Counted from the stretch's first letter, positions 46,692 through 56,259 are shown. The stretch: 64,000 nucleotides of DNA from Chthoniobacterales bacterium (GCA_035941675.1 DASZDT010000004.1:1837-65836); one strand, 5' to 3'. Made by a program: numbers and translations. The notes: generated by a model from the sequence alone, not told the origin.

Positions 46692-47267
46692 ATGACATTC
46701 AGCGCTCTTCTTCTCGCGGGAGGCGAATCGCGCCGGATGGGGCGCGACAAGGCGATGGTAGAATTCGAAGGCGCACCATTGTGGCGGCGGCAGTTGACTC
46801 TGCTGCGCACCCTGGCGGTGGAGGAGATTATTGTTTCCGCGCGGCGGATACCGGACTGGCTTCCGGACAACGTCGAACTGCTGCTCGACGATTCGCCGTC
46901 GCGCGGTCCGCTCAGCGGCCTGGCGAAAGCATTGGCGGCAATGCGAACGACCCACCTGCTCGCGCTCGCCGTCGATATGCCCTTCATGGTCGCCGAAGAG
47001 CTGCGCGAGTTATTCCGCTTGGCAGAACCCGGACGCGGCGTTGTGCCAACGATAGCCGGCCGGGCCGAACCGCTGGCTGCAATCTATCCGGTCGAGGCCG
47101 CGGCCGAATTCCAGGCGGCGCTGGCCGGCTCGGATTTTTCGCTCCAATCTCTTGTCCGAACTTTGACGGTCACGGGCAAGGTCAAGCTAATGCCGGTCGC
47201 GCGGTCCGCCGCGTTCCATTACCGAAACGCAAACAGCGTGGAAGACTTTCCGGAATTCAACGCCTGA
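46692..47267 (+). CDS. mobA: molybdenum cofactor guanylyltransferase
   Basis: LLLAGGESRRMGRDKA, GPLSGL, AVDMPF. ATG 46692 chosen; the 380-aa track ORF is an antisense-shadow extension over fdhD. Confidence 0.8.
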   Translation: MTFSALLLAGGESRRMGRDKAMVEFEGAPLWRRQLTLLRTLAVEEIIVSARRIPDWLPDNVELLLDDSPSRGPLSGLAKALAAMRTTHLLALAVDMPFMVAEELRELFRLAEPGRGVVPTIAGRAEPLAAIYPVEAAAEFQAALAGSDFSLQSLVRTLTVTGKVKLMPVARSAAFHYRNANSVEDFPEFNA

Positions 47268-47311
47268 ATTCCGTCGATGCGCGGCCCGTCGTGGTCGGCG
47301 TAGCGTTCGTC

Positions 47312-48439
47312 ATGAAAACATCGAGCTTTTCGATCGAGCCGCTCCCGCCGATAATTGCCAACGGAAATTCGAACGTCATGAAGGTCCCGGAATTACTACC
47401 GCCGCCAGACACGATGTATCGCGCGCTGGTGGATCGCGACTCGACCTTCGAGGGAATTTTCTACGTCGGCGTGCGGACGACCGGAATTTTCTGCCGGCCA
47501 ACCTGTTCGGCGAAAAAGCCGGCCCGGCAGAACGTCGATTTTTTCGCGACCCCGAGCGAAGCGCTTCACGGCGGTTATCGCCCCTGTTTGCGTTGTCACC
47601 CGATGGACCCAGACAAACGTCCGCCGGAATTGATCGAAAGGCTGCGGGCCGAAGTCGAGCGCGCCCCGGGCGGCCGTCTCACCGACAAGGAACTGGCCGC
47701 TTTGTCGATCGATCCCTCGACGGCGCGGAGGCAGTTCAAACGGCATTACGGGATGACGTTCCAGGCGTATCACCGGGCGCGGCGGATGGGTCTGGCGTTG
47801 CGCGAAGTCCGCAAAGGCGGGCGCGTCGACGAAATTCAGAATGGAAGCGGCTTTGGATCGGCGAGCGGCTTCCGCGATGCGTTCTCGCGGATTTTTGGGG
47901 ACGTTCCTACCGCGGCGAAGAACCAGGGCGGCTTGTTTGCGGAGCGAATTGAGACGCCACTCGGCGCGATGCTCGCGATTGCCGACGACGAAGGTTTGCG
48001 CCTGCTCGAGTTTGTCGATCGCCGCGCCATGGAACGCGAAATGTCGATCCTGCGGAGCCGGCTTCAGACAAACATCGTTCCAGGCGAACACGCGCACCTG
48101 GCGGCGATTCGGCGGCAGCTCGCCGATTATTTTTCGGGAAAAAATCTCGAGTTCAGCGTTCCGCTCGCGCCGGTTGGTTCTCCCTTTCAAATGAGGACAT
48201 GGGAATTGCTGAGAAAAATTCCGCTCGGCGAAACCCGTTCTTATTCGTGGATGGCGGAACGGCTGGGCGACGTGGGGATGCGCCGCGCGGTCGGGCGCGC
48301 CAACGGCGACAACATGCTCTGCCTCATCATTCCCTGTCACCGCGTCATTCGCGCCGACGGCTCGCTCTGCGGTTACGGTGGCGGCCTGTGGCGGAAGAAA
48401 TGGCTGCTCGATCACGAGCGGCGTTTCGCGGCCGGTTAA
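47312..48439 (+). CDS. ada: bifunctional Ada-like protein: Zn methylphosphotriester-repair domain, AraC HTH, O6-alkylguanine-DNA methyltransferase
   Basis: FYVGVRTTGIFCRPTCSAKKP...YRPCLRCHP (Ada Zn Cys4), AraC-type HTH, C-terminal IIPCHRVI (PCHR active site). Start 47312 or 47378. Confidence 0.85.
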   Translation: MKTSSFSIEPLPPIIANGNSNVMKVPELLPPPDTMYRALVDRDSTFEGIFYVGVRTTGIFCRPTCSAKKPARQNVDFFATPSEALHGGYRPCLRCHPMDPDKRPPELIERLRAEVERAPGGRLTDKELAALSIDPSTARRQFKRHYGMTFQAYHRARRMGLALREVRKGGRVDEIQNGSGFGSASGFRDAFSRIFGDVPTAAKNQGGLFAERIETPLGAMLAIADDEGLRLLEFVDRRAMEREMSILRSRLQTNIVPGEHAHLAAIRRQLADYFSGKNLEFSVPLAPVGSPFQMRTWELLRKIPLGETRSYSWMAERLGDVGMRRAVGRANGDNMLCLIIPCHRVIRADGSLCGYGGGLWRKKWLLDHERRFAAG

Positions 48440-48447
48440 TCGAAGAG

Positions 48448-48521
48448 CGCGCCCAGGAGGACTCGAACCTCCGACCGTCGGATTAGAAATCCGATGCTCT
48501 ATCCGGCTGAGCTATGAGCGC
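48448..48521 (-). tRNA. tRNA-Arg (anticodon TCT)
   Basis: The reverse complement folds as a cloverleaf: GCGCTCA-TA-GCTC-AGCCGGATA-GAGC-A-TCGGA-TTTCTAA-TCCGA-CGGTC-GGAGG-TTCGAGT-CCTCC-TGGGCGC. No encoded CCA. Confidence 0.9.
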
Positions 48522-48557
48522 AGAAACGGGACGAGAATAGTCGAAACGCAGCCGCAT

Positions 48558-48717
48558 GTCATCCCGAGGTCGGCGAAGCACGGCGGGACCTGGCAGTTGG
48601 AACAAGCGTTTTCGCGAAGCGCGTGATGGTCCGATGACGTAGAAAGCCCCTCGTTACGCGGAAGCGATTTGACCGCGTGAGAGGTCCCTCGGCGTGCTGC
48701 GCCAGCCTCGGGATGAC
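48558..48717. repeat. imperfect ~33-35-nt inverted repeat pair separated by ~92 nt (MITE/REP-like palindromic element) next to the tRNA
   Basis: Arm 1 is 48558-48590 GTCATCCCGAGGTCGGCGAAGCACGGCGGGACC. The reverse complement of arm 2 (48683-48717) is GTCATCCCGAGGCTGGCGCAGCACGCCGAGGGACC. Confidence 0.5.
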
Positions 48718-49017
48718 GATTCGCGTCGCGAGCGGTCTAGTCGCTGATGCGATGCTTGAGCTCCCAAACGCGGAGCGCGGCGAGAAGAAGGCTCTTCGTG
48801 CGGGTCAAGGTGCCAACGGCCGGCAGTTCTCTCTCAACGACTTGAGCGCTGCTGTTCTTCCGGGGGCGGCCGCGCTTCGCCTTGGCTTTGCCAGCACGGC
48901 GCGCGGTTTCACTGATCGGGAGGTGGCCGGCATTATTCATGGCGACGGAAAAAGCAGCTTCCAAGCCATGGTTTTCCCTCTTGTGCGCGGCTCTGTTCTC
49001 CACCACTTTGCCCGGTC

Positions 49018-50025
49018 ATGCCGGCTGATCGGAAACTGGGTTGCCTGAGCGTTTTTCTCGCAGTCGCGCTCTGCGCCAGCGTGGTGATCAACCTGGTCCT
49101 GGCCGCGGCGGCGTTGCGGAGTTTTGGCGGCACAACGCGGCTGGAAGAGCCGGCTCCTTCCTTTCGCGAAGTCATCGTCCAGCGCGGCGCGCGAGGCAGT
49201 AACGACAAGATCGCCGTGATCATGATGCGCGGGCTCATCAGCTCGAGCCTTCCCGGCAGCGTCGGCGATACCATGGTCGACGATATGCGGCTCGCGCTCC
49301 AGCAGGCGCGCGACGACGAACACGTGCGGGCGATCGTTTTGGAAATCGATTCGCCTGGCGGCGAAGTGACCGCTTCGGATGCGATCTACAACTGGGTCGT
49401 CAAGGCGCGCGCCCGCAAACCGGTCGTCGTTTACATGGATTCCCTCGCGGCCTCGGGCGGCTACTACGTCGCGTGCGGCGGACAATATTTGATGGCGAAT
49501 GAGACCACCATCACCGGCAGCATTGGCGTGATCATTCAGACCCTGAACTACGAACAACTCTTCAACAAGGTCGGGCTCGCCTCGGTCGTCTTCAAAAGCG
49601 GGAAGTTCAAGGACATGCTCAACGGCGCGCGCCAGGTGACGCCGGAAGAACGCGAATTGATCCAGGGCTTCGTCATGAAAACCTACGACAAATTCCTGGG
49701 CATCGTGGCGACCGAGCGCAAGCTGCCGGCCGAGGGGCTTCGGAATTCGGTGGCCGACGGCCGGATTCTTTCCGGCAAAGACGCGCTCGAAAACAAATTG
49801 ATCGACGGCACGGGGCAGATCGAGGACGCGTTCGCGAAGGCGAAGCAATTGGGGCGGGCCTCCGGCGCAACCGTGGTGAAGTACGGTCCGCCCTTTACCC
49901 TCGGCCGATTTTTCCGCGCGCTCGGCACCTCGAACAACAAGATCGAGCTGACGCTGCCGAGCCAACTCGTGCCGCAATTGGAAACCGGGCGCGCCTATTT
50001 TCTGCCGGGTTTTTACGCTCCGTAA
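49018..50025 (+). CDS. sppA: signal peptide peptidase SppA (36K type)
   Basis: N-terminal TM, LEIDSPGGEV, MDSLAASGGYYVA (catalytic Ser), GSIGVI, FKSGKFKD (Lys). Confidence 0.85.
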   Translation: MPADRKLGCLSVFLAVALCASVVINLVLAAAALRSFGGTTRLEEPAPSFREVIVQRGARGSNDKIAVIMMRGLISSSLPGSVGDTMVDDMRLALQQARDDEHVRAIVLEIDSPGGEVTASDAIYNWVVKARARKPVVVYMDSLAASGGYYVACGGQYLMANETTITGSIGVIIQTLNYEQLFNKVGLASVVFKSGKFKDMLNGARQVTPEERELIQGFVMKTYDKFLGIVATERKLPAEGLRNSVADGRILSGKDALENKLIDGTGQIEDAFAKAKQLGRASGATVVKYGPPFTLGRFFRALGTSNNKIELTLPSQLVPQLETGRAYFLPGFYAP

Positions 50026-50040
50026 AGCGCGCGGCGCCGC

Positions 50041-50853
50041 ATGACCGTCGACGGCTTACTTCCAGCGGTCAGCGCTGCGCTCAACGCCTTGTTCCTCGTT
50101 GCCGGCGTCTACATTTACGTTTCGATCCTGCGCCAGATCGCGGCCCGCGTCCCGAACTCTGAAGCGCCGCCTCTTCGGACTTTCGGCTGGCCCGAGGCGG
50201 TCATCGCTGTGCTGCTGACCGCGTTTTTTCTGCTGAGCCTCTCGGGCGCCGCCACCCACAACGTCTCGCGGCTTCGGACCCGCGATCTCATCGCCAGCGC
50301 CATCCTGACAATCGGATTGCTTTTAGCGGTCGCGGGATTTCTCAGGCTCCGCCGGTTCGACCTGAATTCGTTGGCTGGATTTTCCCGGATCGGCTTTTTC
50401 CGAATGCTCATCACGGGCGCCGTCCTGATTCTGGCCGCGTATCCGCTGATTTTCCTCGCGGACGTGGTCACGCAACGCGTCATGCGGAGCGCCCCGCAAC
50501 GGCAGGCGATCGTCGAAATGTTCAGCGAGTCGAGCACGCTCGATCAGCGAATCCTCATCATCGTGCTCGCGGTGACGCTCGCGCCGGTAGCGGAGGAATT
50601 CATCTTCCGCTTTTTCATCTACGGAGTGGCCCGGCGTTATTTCGGCAAGGCGATCGGTGTCCTGGTGAGCGCCCTCCTTTTCGCGGCGGTCCACGCGCAT
50701 TTGCCGTCGTTCGCGCCGCTCTTTGTCCTCGGCGCCTGTTTCGCCATCGCCTATGAATGGAGCGGGTCGATCCTCGTTGCCATGACGATGCATGCGCTTT
50801 TCAACGCGATCACTTTGACCGCGCTCGCGTTTCCCGAACTGGTGCAACGATGA
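50041..50853 (+). CDS. CPBP-family intramembrane glutamic endopeptidase (CAAX protease-like)
   Basis: APVAEEFIFRFFIYG (EExxxR), FAAVHAH, HALFNAI. Multi-TM. Confidence 0.8.
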   Translation: MTVDGLLPAVSAALNALFLVAGVYIYVSILRQIAARVPNSEAPPLRTFGWPEAVIAVLLTAFFLLSLSGAATHNVSRLRTRDLIASAILTIGLLLAVAGFLRLRRFDLNSLAGFSRIGFFRMLITGAVLILAAYPLIFLADVVTQRVMRSAPQRQAIVEMFSESSTLDQRILIIVLAVTLAPVAEEFIFRFFIYGVARRYFGKAIGVLVSALLFAAVHAHLPSFAPLFVLGACFAIAYEWSGSILVAMTMHALFNAITLTALAFPELVQR

Positions 50854-51740
50854 AACTGCGAGAGGTCGGCGAAGACCGGCTGCTCGAACAACTCCTCTCC
50901 AAACTCCGATCCGGCCGCGGCGTCGTCCTCGGGGCCGGCGATGATTGCGCGCTCGTCGACTCGGGCCAGCGCGGGATGCTCCACGTTCTGAAGACCGATT
51001 GCCTCGTCGAAGAAATTCATTTCGCGAAAAGCGCGCGACCGGAACGGGTGGGATGGAAAGCGATGGCGCGTCCCTTGAGCGATTTCGCGGCGATGTCTGC
51101 CCTGCCGCAGTTTGCGCTGGTCACCTTGATCGTGCCGCGAGAGCGAGAGGTGCGATGGGTGAAACGGCTCTATCACGGCATCGAGAAAGCGGGCCGCGCC
51201 TTCGACGTTTCCATCGTCGGGGGCGAAACGAGCGCCACCCGGGGCCCGGTTGTGATCTCAGTTAGCGTCACCGGCGTTGTCGAAAAGGACCGCTGGGTTG
51301 GCCGGGGTGGGGGCAAGGCAGGCGACGAAGTTTTCGTCACGGGAAAACTTGGGGGTTCCCTGCGCGGGCGGCATTTCACGTTTGTCCCGCGTATCGCCGA
51401 ATCGCGCTGGCTGACCGAAAATTTCCCGATCCACGCGATGATGGATTTGAGTGACGGACTCGGAGCCGATTTGCCGCGGCTCGCGCGGGCGAGCGGCCTC
51501 AGTTTCGAGATCGACGAAAGCGCGCTTCCCCGGAATCGTGGCTGCTCCGTGGCGGACGCAATCTCCGACGGTGAGGATTACGAATTATTGTTCGCGATCG
51601 CGGCCGCAGATTCGGCATCGCTCGTCAGGCGCTGGCGAAAAAAATTCCCAAACGTCGCTCTGACCCGCATTGGCCTGCTCAATCGAAAATCGAAAATCGG
51701 AAATCGAAAATTCCCCCGCGGCTACTTACATTTCCGATAA
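50850..51740 (+). CDS. thiL: thiamine-monophosphate kinase
   Basis: GAGDDCALV, KTDCLVEEIHF, LSDFAAM, IVGGETS, DLSDGLGADL, GEDYELLF. ATGA overlap with the CPBP gene. Confidence 0.85.
   Translation: MKLREVGEDRLLEQLLSKLRSGRGVVLGAGDDCALVDSGQRGMLHVLKTDCLVEEIHFAKSARPERVGWKAMARPLSDFAAMSALPQFALVTLIVPREREVRWVKRLYHGIEKAGRAFDVSIVGGETSATRGPVVISVSVTGVVEKDRWVGRGGGKAGDEVFVTGKLGGSLRGRHFTFVPRIAESRWLTENFPIHAMMDLSDGLGADLPRLARASGLSFEIDESALPRNRGCSVADAISDGEDYELLFAIAAADSASLVRRWRKKFPNVALTRIGLLNRKSKIGNRKFPRGYLHFR
51681..51712. repeat. tandem heptamer (AAATCGA-like, about 4.5 copies) inside the 3' end of thiL
   Basis: aatcga-aaatcga-aaatcgg-aaatcga-aaatt read directly. Translates to NRKSKIGNRKF. Confidence 0.6.
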
Positions 51741-51766
51741 TCCGGGCGCAATTTTTTCGTCGCAAG

Positions 51767-52447
51767 CTAGCTCGGTTTCTTGCCGAGCACGTACTCGTCG
51801 AAATCCGGCAATGGCTTGACGAGGGGAAGGAGTAACTCCGAGGCACGAGCCGCAGTCAGCACCTCGGCCGGCTGGAGCTTGATGATTTCAGCCGTGGTCC
51901 GATCTGGTTCGAGGATGTCTTCCCGCATGAGCCGGCCGCGGTCGTCATAGGGCCAGAACCATTGCTCGAGGGTCTTGTAGAGGTACATGGAATTCAGATC
52001 GGCCGAAATGCCCTTGAACTTGAGCAGCTTGATGAACAGCTTTCCGGCTAATCCTTTCGGCAGAATGCGAAGCACTTTGGCGGCGGTGAAAGTTCCACCC
52101 CAGATCTGTTGGTAGACGGTCAGCCGCGACGTTACGAAGTTGTCGGCGACCGCAACCTGTTCATCTTCGAGGAAGAAGACGCACTGGTTCGTTTCGGCCC
52201 AGTTTTTGTACAACGCCCGCACTTCATCCTTCCCGTTTATCCCGATGTCCATGCCGAGGGCGCGGATCGTGTAATTGGGATGATCCGCCATCATATGGTC
52301 GTTGAGGACCTCCTCGTAGTTTCCCGAGAATTCCAGATGGCGATGCCGTGCATAGCTCATGAGGATGTAGCGATGCCGGGGGTTCGTGGTGACCTCCAGG
52401 AGGCGATCGATGGCAACGTTGCATTTCGTGATGTCCAGATTTCGCAT
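51767..52447 (-). CDS. hypothetical cytoplasmic protein (last gene of the peroxidase operon)
   Basis: Track ORF with protein-like composition, 18 nt downstream of the membrane-protein gene. No family recognised with confidence. Confidence 0.6.
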   Translation of the reverse strand: MRNLDITKCNVAIDRLLEVTTNPRHRYILMSYARHRHLEFSGNYEEVLNDHMMADHPNYTIRALGMDIGINGKDEVRALYKNWAETNQCVFFLEDEQVAVADNFVTSRLTVYQQIWGGTFTAAKVLRILPKGLAGKLFIKLLKFKGISADLNSMYLYKTLEQWFWPYDDRGRLMREDILEPDRTTAEIIKLQPAEVLTAARASELLLPLVKPLPDFDEYVLGKKPS

Positions 52448-52465
52448 CGGATCGCCCGGGTTAAA

Positions 52466-53275
52466 TCATTTCAGGTAACCACCAGCCGAGGCTCCGGCCG
52501 CCTGCGCTTCTGCGGGAGGGAGGAGAGCTGCGCCGGGACCCGGCCCCGTGTATTTTCGAGTCAGGGCCCAACCGAGCATCGCAATCGCCACGTTGAGCAG
52601 GATGACGATGACCCACTCGAACGTTTGCGCGACATGCACTGGCGTGGCGTCACTGGGCGGCGCCGCATAGATCACTTTCTGGTGGTAGATGGCGAGCGCG
52701 GCGAAAACGTAAATAGAGACAATGACCACCCAATTGAGGGTGGGCGCCCATGGACGAGCCGCCAGTTTTTCGGGCGTGTTATAGAACGTCTGGAAAAGCC
52801 GGCGCGGTCCGACATCGAGATAGCGATACGCCACCAGCCAGTAGAGCAGCCCATAGTAGTAAAACCAGTTGAGGGCGATGGCGGCGACTAGGACGTGGAG
52901 CGAGATCTCGAAGACGTTACGAAAGCGGACCCAGGCTCCGATGAGCTTGCCGAAAGACTGGGGATTGCGGTTGAAGTAAAAGGCGAGCGGGAACGAACAC
53001 GAGAGTAGGGCGATGCGCCCGCCCCAGTACCACAACCGGCTCTTGTAGTGCAGAGCGAGCGGCCCGCAGACGAACAGATCCAGCGAGACGATAATCAGGT
53101 GATAGGTGAAGATCGTGATCGCCGCCCTGTTGCCGAAGAGCGGGTTCAACAGTTGCTGCGGCCGGCGGAATCCCTGGTAGACCTGGCGCACGCCGACCCA
53201 CACGCCCCAGAACAGCAGGACGGTGTAGACGATGGTGATGACGATCGAGTCGGGAGTGACGGGGGATAAGTCCAT
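52466..53275 (-). CDS. multi-pass membrane protein, function unknown
   Basis: About 7 hydrophobic helices. 30 nt downstream of the peroxidase gene. Confidence 0.6.
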   Translation of the reverse strand: MDLSPVTPDSIVITIVYTVLLFWGVWVGVRQVYQGFRRPQQLLNPLFGNRAAITIFTYHLIIVSLDLFVCGPLALHYKSRLWYWGGRIALLSCSFPLAFYFNRNPQSFGKLIGAWVRFRNVFEISLHVLVAAIALNWFYYYGLLYWLVAYRYLDVGPRRLFQTFYNTPEKLAARPWAPTLNWVVIVSIYVFAALAIYHQKVIYAAPPSDATPVHVAQTFEWVIVILLNVAIAMLGWALTRKYTGPGPGAALLPPAEAQAAGASAGGYLK

Positions 53276-53305
53276 GGGATGCCGTCAGAACCTAAGGCGA
53301 AACTC

Positions 53306-55693
53306 TCACCGGTAACTGTCCCCCAGCCAGGGATCCGATTTGAGTTCGACGTCGTACTCCCGCAATGGATGCCGATCAGGATCTAGTCTTTCACCTGTGT
53401 CCCAGGGTTCGAAGGCGTTTGCCACGTTGGCCAATCCCGTCTGGCCGAGCTCCGGGAAGTTGCGCAGCAGGACGGTCTTCAGATTCGAACTGTCGATCCA
53501 ATCCAATCCTTCCCGCGTGTAGGTATCCTCGTTGTAACTGTCGGTGTAAAACCGGTCCGCTTGCAGCCGCCGGGTTGCGTTAAGGATGAAGATTTGGAAC
53601 ATCGTCTCGCCGAAGCCAAATTTAGTCGGCCTTTGCTGGGTTCCTTCAGAGAGGGTGCCGATGAGGAGGTCGAGTTTCTCAACGTCCTCCGGCTTATCGC
53701 CATAAACCTCCTTGATTTTTTCCACCTGTTCTTTGTCATCCGTCAGGTCGTCAAAGGACTGGATCGGGTTCATCCCCAACTGCCGCCGGAACTCATTGTA
53801 TCTGGGCACACCACGCTCCCGCGCCCGCAGGATATCGACCGCCCCCATGTCGAAGAGCGGGTTGCCTGGGATGCTCAACTCCTGCATGAAACGCGGATAG
53901 TTATTCAGGACGAGGGCTCCCGGATGCTGCGTGCCAAAGGAATAGAGGATGTTGGCGAGGCCGAATTTACCGGTCAATTTTTTGGAGCCCGCCTGGCGCG
54001 ACGCGACAAACGGGATCTCGGCGATTGCTTCTGCTCCGTTTCCAAGGGTGCGAATTTGAAGCGACTCAGGCAGGAGCGAATGGAGGCGGTAGACTTCGGT
54101 GAACTCTTCGGTGAGTCCATACGGCTGGCCGTGTTTGTCGATGGGATTGCCCACCACGCCGCCCAGCTCCGGGTTGCTGACTTTGACGTCCGCGAGAGTT
54201 TTGCGGTCCTTTCCGCGTTCCAGGAGATTGGTAAGAATGCCATACCAGTTTGCATTCAGAGCCGCGTTAAGGCCGGGATTGGGGAGGATGGCCGGCGTCC
54301 ATTCGACGGTATGGATTTTGGCCATGACGGCCGCGTTGATCAGACGCGCCACATTGAAAAGGCGATTGTCGTTCCATTGCGGGTAAGAAACCTTTAGCCG
54401 GTCGCAGATCGCATTGTGCTCATGCACGAAGAGCGTGTGGAGGATCGTCATTCCAACCCACCAATTCCGGCGAAATCCGGTATCCTCGACCCCGTTCGTG
54501 CCGAGTGGCAACGTGCCGTCCTCGTTGAGCTTCATCTTCCCATCGACGTTGCTGCGCAGGCGGTTTTGCGTCTCCTGATCGCTGCCGTAAATCTGCGATC
54601 CATCCCACCAATGCGTGACTTCGTTGATAAAGGTGATGGGCGTTTCTTCCTGGCCCGCTGTAAAAGTCGGGTCCGGCTGGGTTTTGCCCACGAAGATATG
54701 GCTCTGCCGATAATTGCGCCGCGCCGGATCGTCTTCGGCCAGGGGAACCTCGTGCACGTCGCGATAGAGTATTTCTCCGTGATTGATCCAATCTCCGTTT
54801 TGAAATTGGATCCAGGAACCGGCCAACATATTGAGGAAGGGGACCTCCTTGATTTTCTCTCCCCGGGTTAACAGTTTTCGGCTGATTTCCCGGGGATTTG
54901 GCGTCAACAGGGTCCGGCCTGTCTCCGGCCGGATTGCGTCGACGTGGACATTTCGAAGGAAGCGCGTGCCGGCGGCGCCCTCCTTGGGGTTGTCCAGATT
55001 ATTCCAGGTGCCATCCGCGGTCCGGTAACTGGTTGCGCTGGGAGGCGGCTGCTGGCCCGGCTTTTGGAACCCGATTAGAGTTCCTCCAGGATAAGTATTC
55101 TTGAGATTGCCCTTGTTAAGCTGCTCCCGCATGTAGGCGAGGGTAAGAATGCCGAGGGTGAGGGAACGCCGGTACCAATTCGTCCATACCCTGTCCCTGT
55201 AGCCAGCGACTGAGCCCCACAGGTGGGTCGCGCCGTTCATGGTGGCGGTGGCCACTTTTCCTAACACCCCTCCTATTTTCCGGCGCGCCCGCTCCCCCCA
55301 GATCTGCTGCCGGGGCTTTGGAACGGTCAATGACGGATCCATCGCCGGGTTCGCCGGCTCAAGCAGCTTGGAGCGATCGAAATAATAGATCTCCGGGACG
55401 TGCACATTCACCTCGGCGATTGCGTTCGCCTGCGCTTTACCAAGCATGTCACGCCAGTCGGTCTGGTTCGGGGCCAGTTTCAAGGCAGCTTCGTAGTAGT
55501 GTGCCGCCTGTTCATGCTCCTGCCGTTGGAAGTAGGCGAGCCCCATCAAAGCCTGGCTCTCGCCGGTCGTGTCGCTCAGGGCGGGTCCTTGCAAGGCTCT
55601 AAGGGCTCCGTCGTAGTCCCTTTGCTCAAGGCAGCGTGAAGCCTCGTCACGCGCTCCGTTCAAATCTGGATTCTGTTGTGCAAAGGGGTCCAT
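53306..55693 (-). CDS. animal-haem-peroxidase/dioxygenase-superfamily protein with N-terminal TPR-like region
   Basis: YRTADGTWNNLDNPKEGAAGTRFLRNV, HTLFVHEHNAICDRL (distal His region), ARLINAAVMAKIHTVEWTPAIL (proximal His region). Confidence 0.8.
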   Translation of the reverse strand: MDPFAQQNPDLNGARDEASRCLEQRDYDGALRALQGPALSDTTGESQALMGLAYFQRQEHEQAAHYYEAALKLAPNQTDWRDMLGKAQANAIAEVNVHVPEIYYFDRSKLLEPANPAMDPSLTVPKPRQQIWGERARRKIGGVLGKVATATMNGATHLWGSVAGYRDRVWTNWYRRSLTLGILTLAYMREQLNKGNLKNTYPGGTLIGFQKPGQQPPPSATSYRTADGTWNNLDNPKEGAAGTRFLRNVHVDAIRPETGRTLLTPNPREISRKLLTRGEKIKEVPFLNMLAGSWIQFQNGDWINHGEILYRDVHEVPLAEDDPARRNYRQSHIFVGKTQPDPTFTAGQEETPITFINEVTHWWDGSQIYGSDQETQNRLRSNVDGKMKLNEDGTLPLGTNGVEDTGFRRNWWVGMTILHTLFVHEHNAICDRLKVSYPQWNDNRLFNVARLINAAVMAKIHTVEWTPAILPNPGLNAALNANWYGILTNLLERGKDRKTLADVKVSNPELGGVVGNPIDKHGQPYGLTEEFTEVYRLHSLLPESLQIRTLGNGAEAIAEIPFVASRQAGSKKLTGKFGLANILYSFGTQHPGALVLNNYPRFMQELSIPGNPLFDMGAVDILRARERGVPRYNEFRRQLGMNPIQSFDDLTDDKEQVEKIKEVYGDKPEDVEKLDLLIGTLSEGTQQRPTKFGFGETMFQIFILNATRRLQADRFYTDSYNEDTYTREGLDWIDSSNLKTVLLRNFPELGQTGLANVANAFEPWDTGERLDPDRHPLREYDVELKSDPWLGDSYR

Positions 55694-55851
55694 AGCGTCT
55701 GGTTGGGGTTGAATTTTTGCGTGGGGATCAATGACCGGCTAACGGGCCGATCTTGAATAGGGGAACGTCCAACGTCAAGCGTCGTCTCTTTCTCCAACGG
55801 CGCGTTCTCGACAACGCCATCTCCGACGGCGAAGACTACCCGGGCAGGGTT

Positions 55852-56259
55852 ATGATTGCTTCGAATAGCGTTGCACAAACGATCGCGCTCGGGCGCACAT
55901 ACGGCGAGCAGGCGCGCCGGGGCGATGTGTTCGCGCTCCGCGGGGACCTGGGTGCGGGGAAGACGCAATTCGTGAAGGGGTTCATCGCCGGCCTTGGCAG
56001 CAAGGCCGACGCGACGAGTCCCACCTTCGTCCTCGTCCACGAATACGGCGACGGACGCCTGCCGGCTTATCATTTCGATTTCTGCCGGCTCGAGAGTCCC
56101 GAAGCGCTCTCGCGAATGGGCTTCGACGATTACATCTTTGGCGATGGGGTCTCCCTGATCGAGTGGGCGGACAAATTCGCCGAACTGATTCCTCCGGGGG
56201 CACGCTGGATTTCGTTCGAAGCGAAATCCGAAACCGAGCGGCTGATTACCGTCTCGTGA
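55852..56259 (+). CDS. tsaE: tRNA t6A37 biosynthesis ATPase TsaE
   Basis: LRGDLGAGKTQFVKG (P-loop), SPTFVLVHEY, HFDFCRL. Confidence 0.8.
   Translation: MIASNSVAQTIALGRTYGEQARRGDVFALRGDLGAGKTQFVKGFIAGLGSKADATSPTFVLVHEYGDGRLPAYHFDFCRLESPEALSRMGFDDYIFGDGVSLIEWADKFAELIPPGARWISFEAKSETERLITVS

Noticed and set aside
48439-48530. tRNA-Arg as an integration site (looked for a duplicated tRNA 3' end and an adjacent integrase).
   Set aside because: The 3' side abuts the ada stop directly. I noticed no second copy of the tRNA end and found no integrase in the window.
48737-49006. 89-aa minus-strand ORF (possible 67-aa version MNNAGHLPISETARRAGKAKAKRGRPRK...) in the tRNA-sppA gap.
   Set aside because: No recognisable family. 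It overlaps the sppA start region and has a basic low-complexity middle. It could be real but is unsupported.
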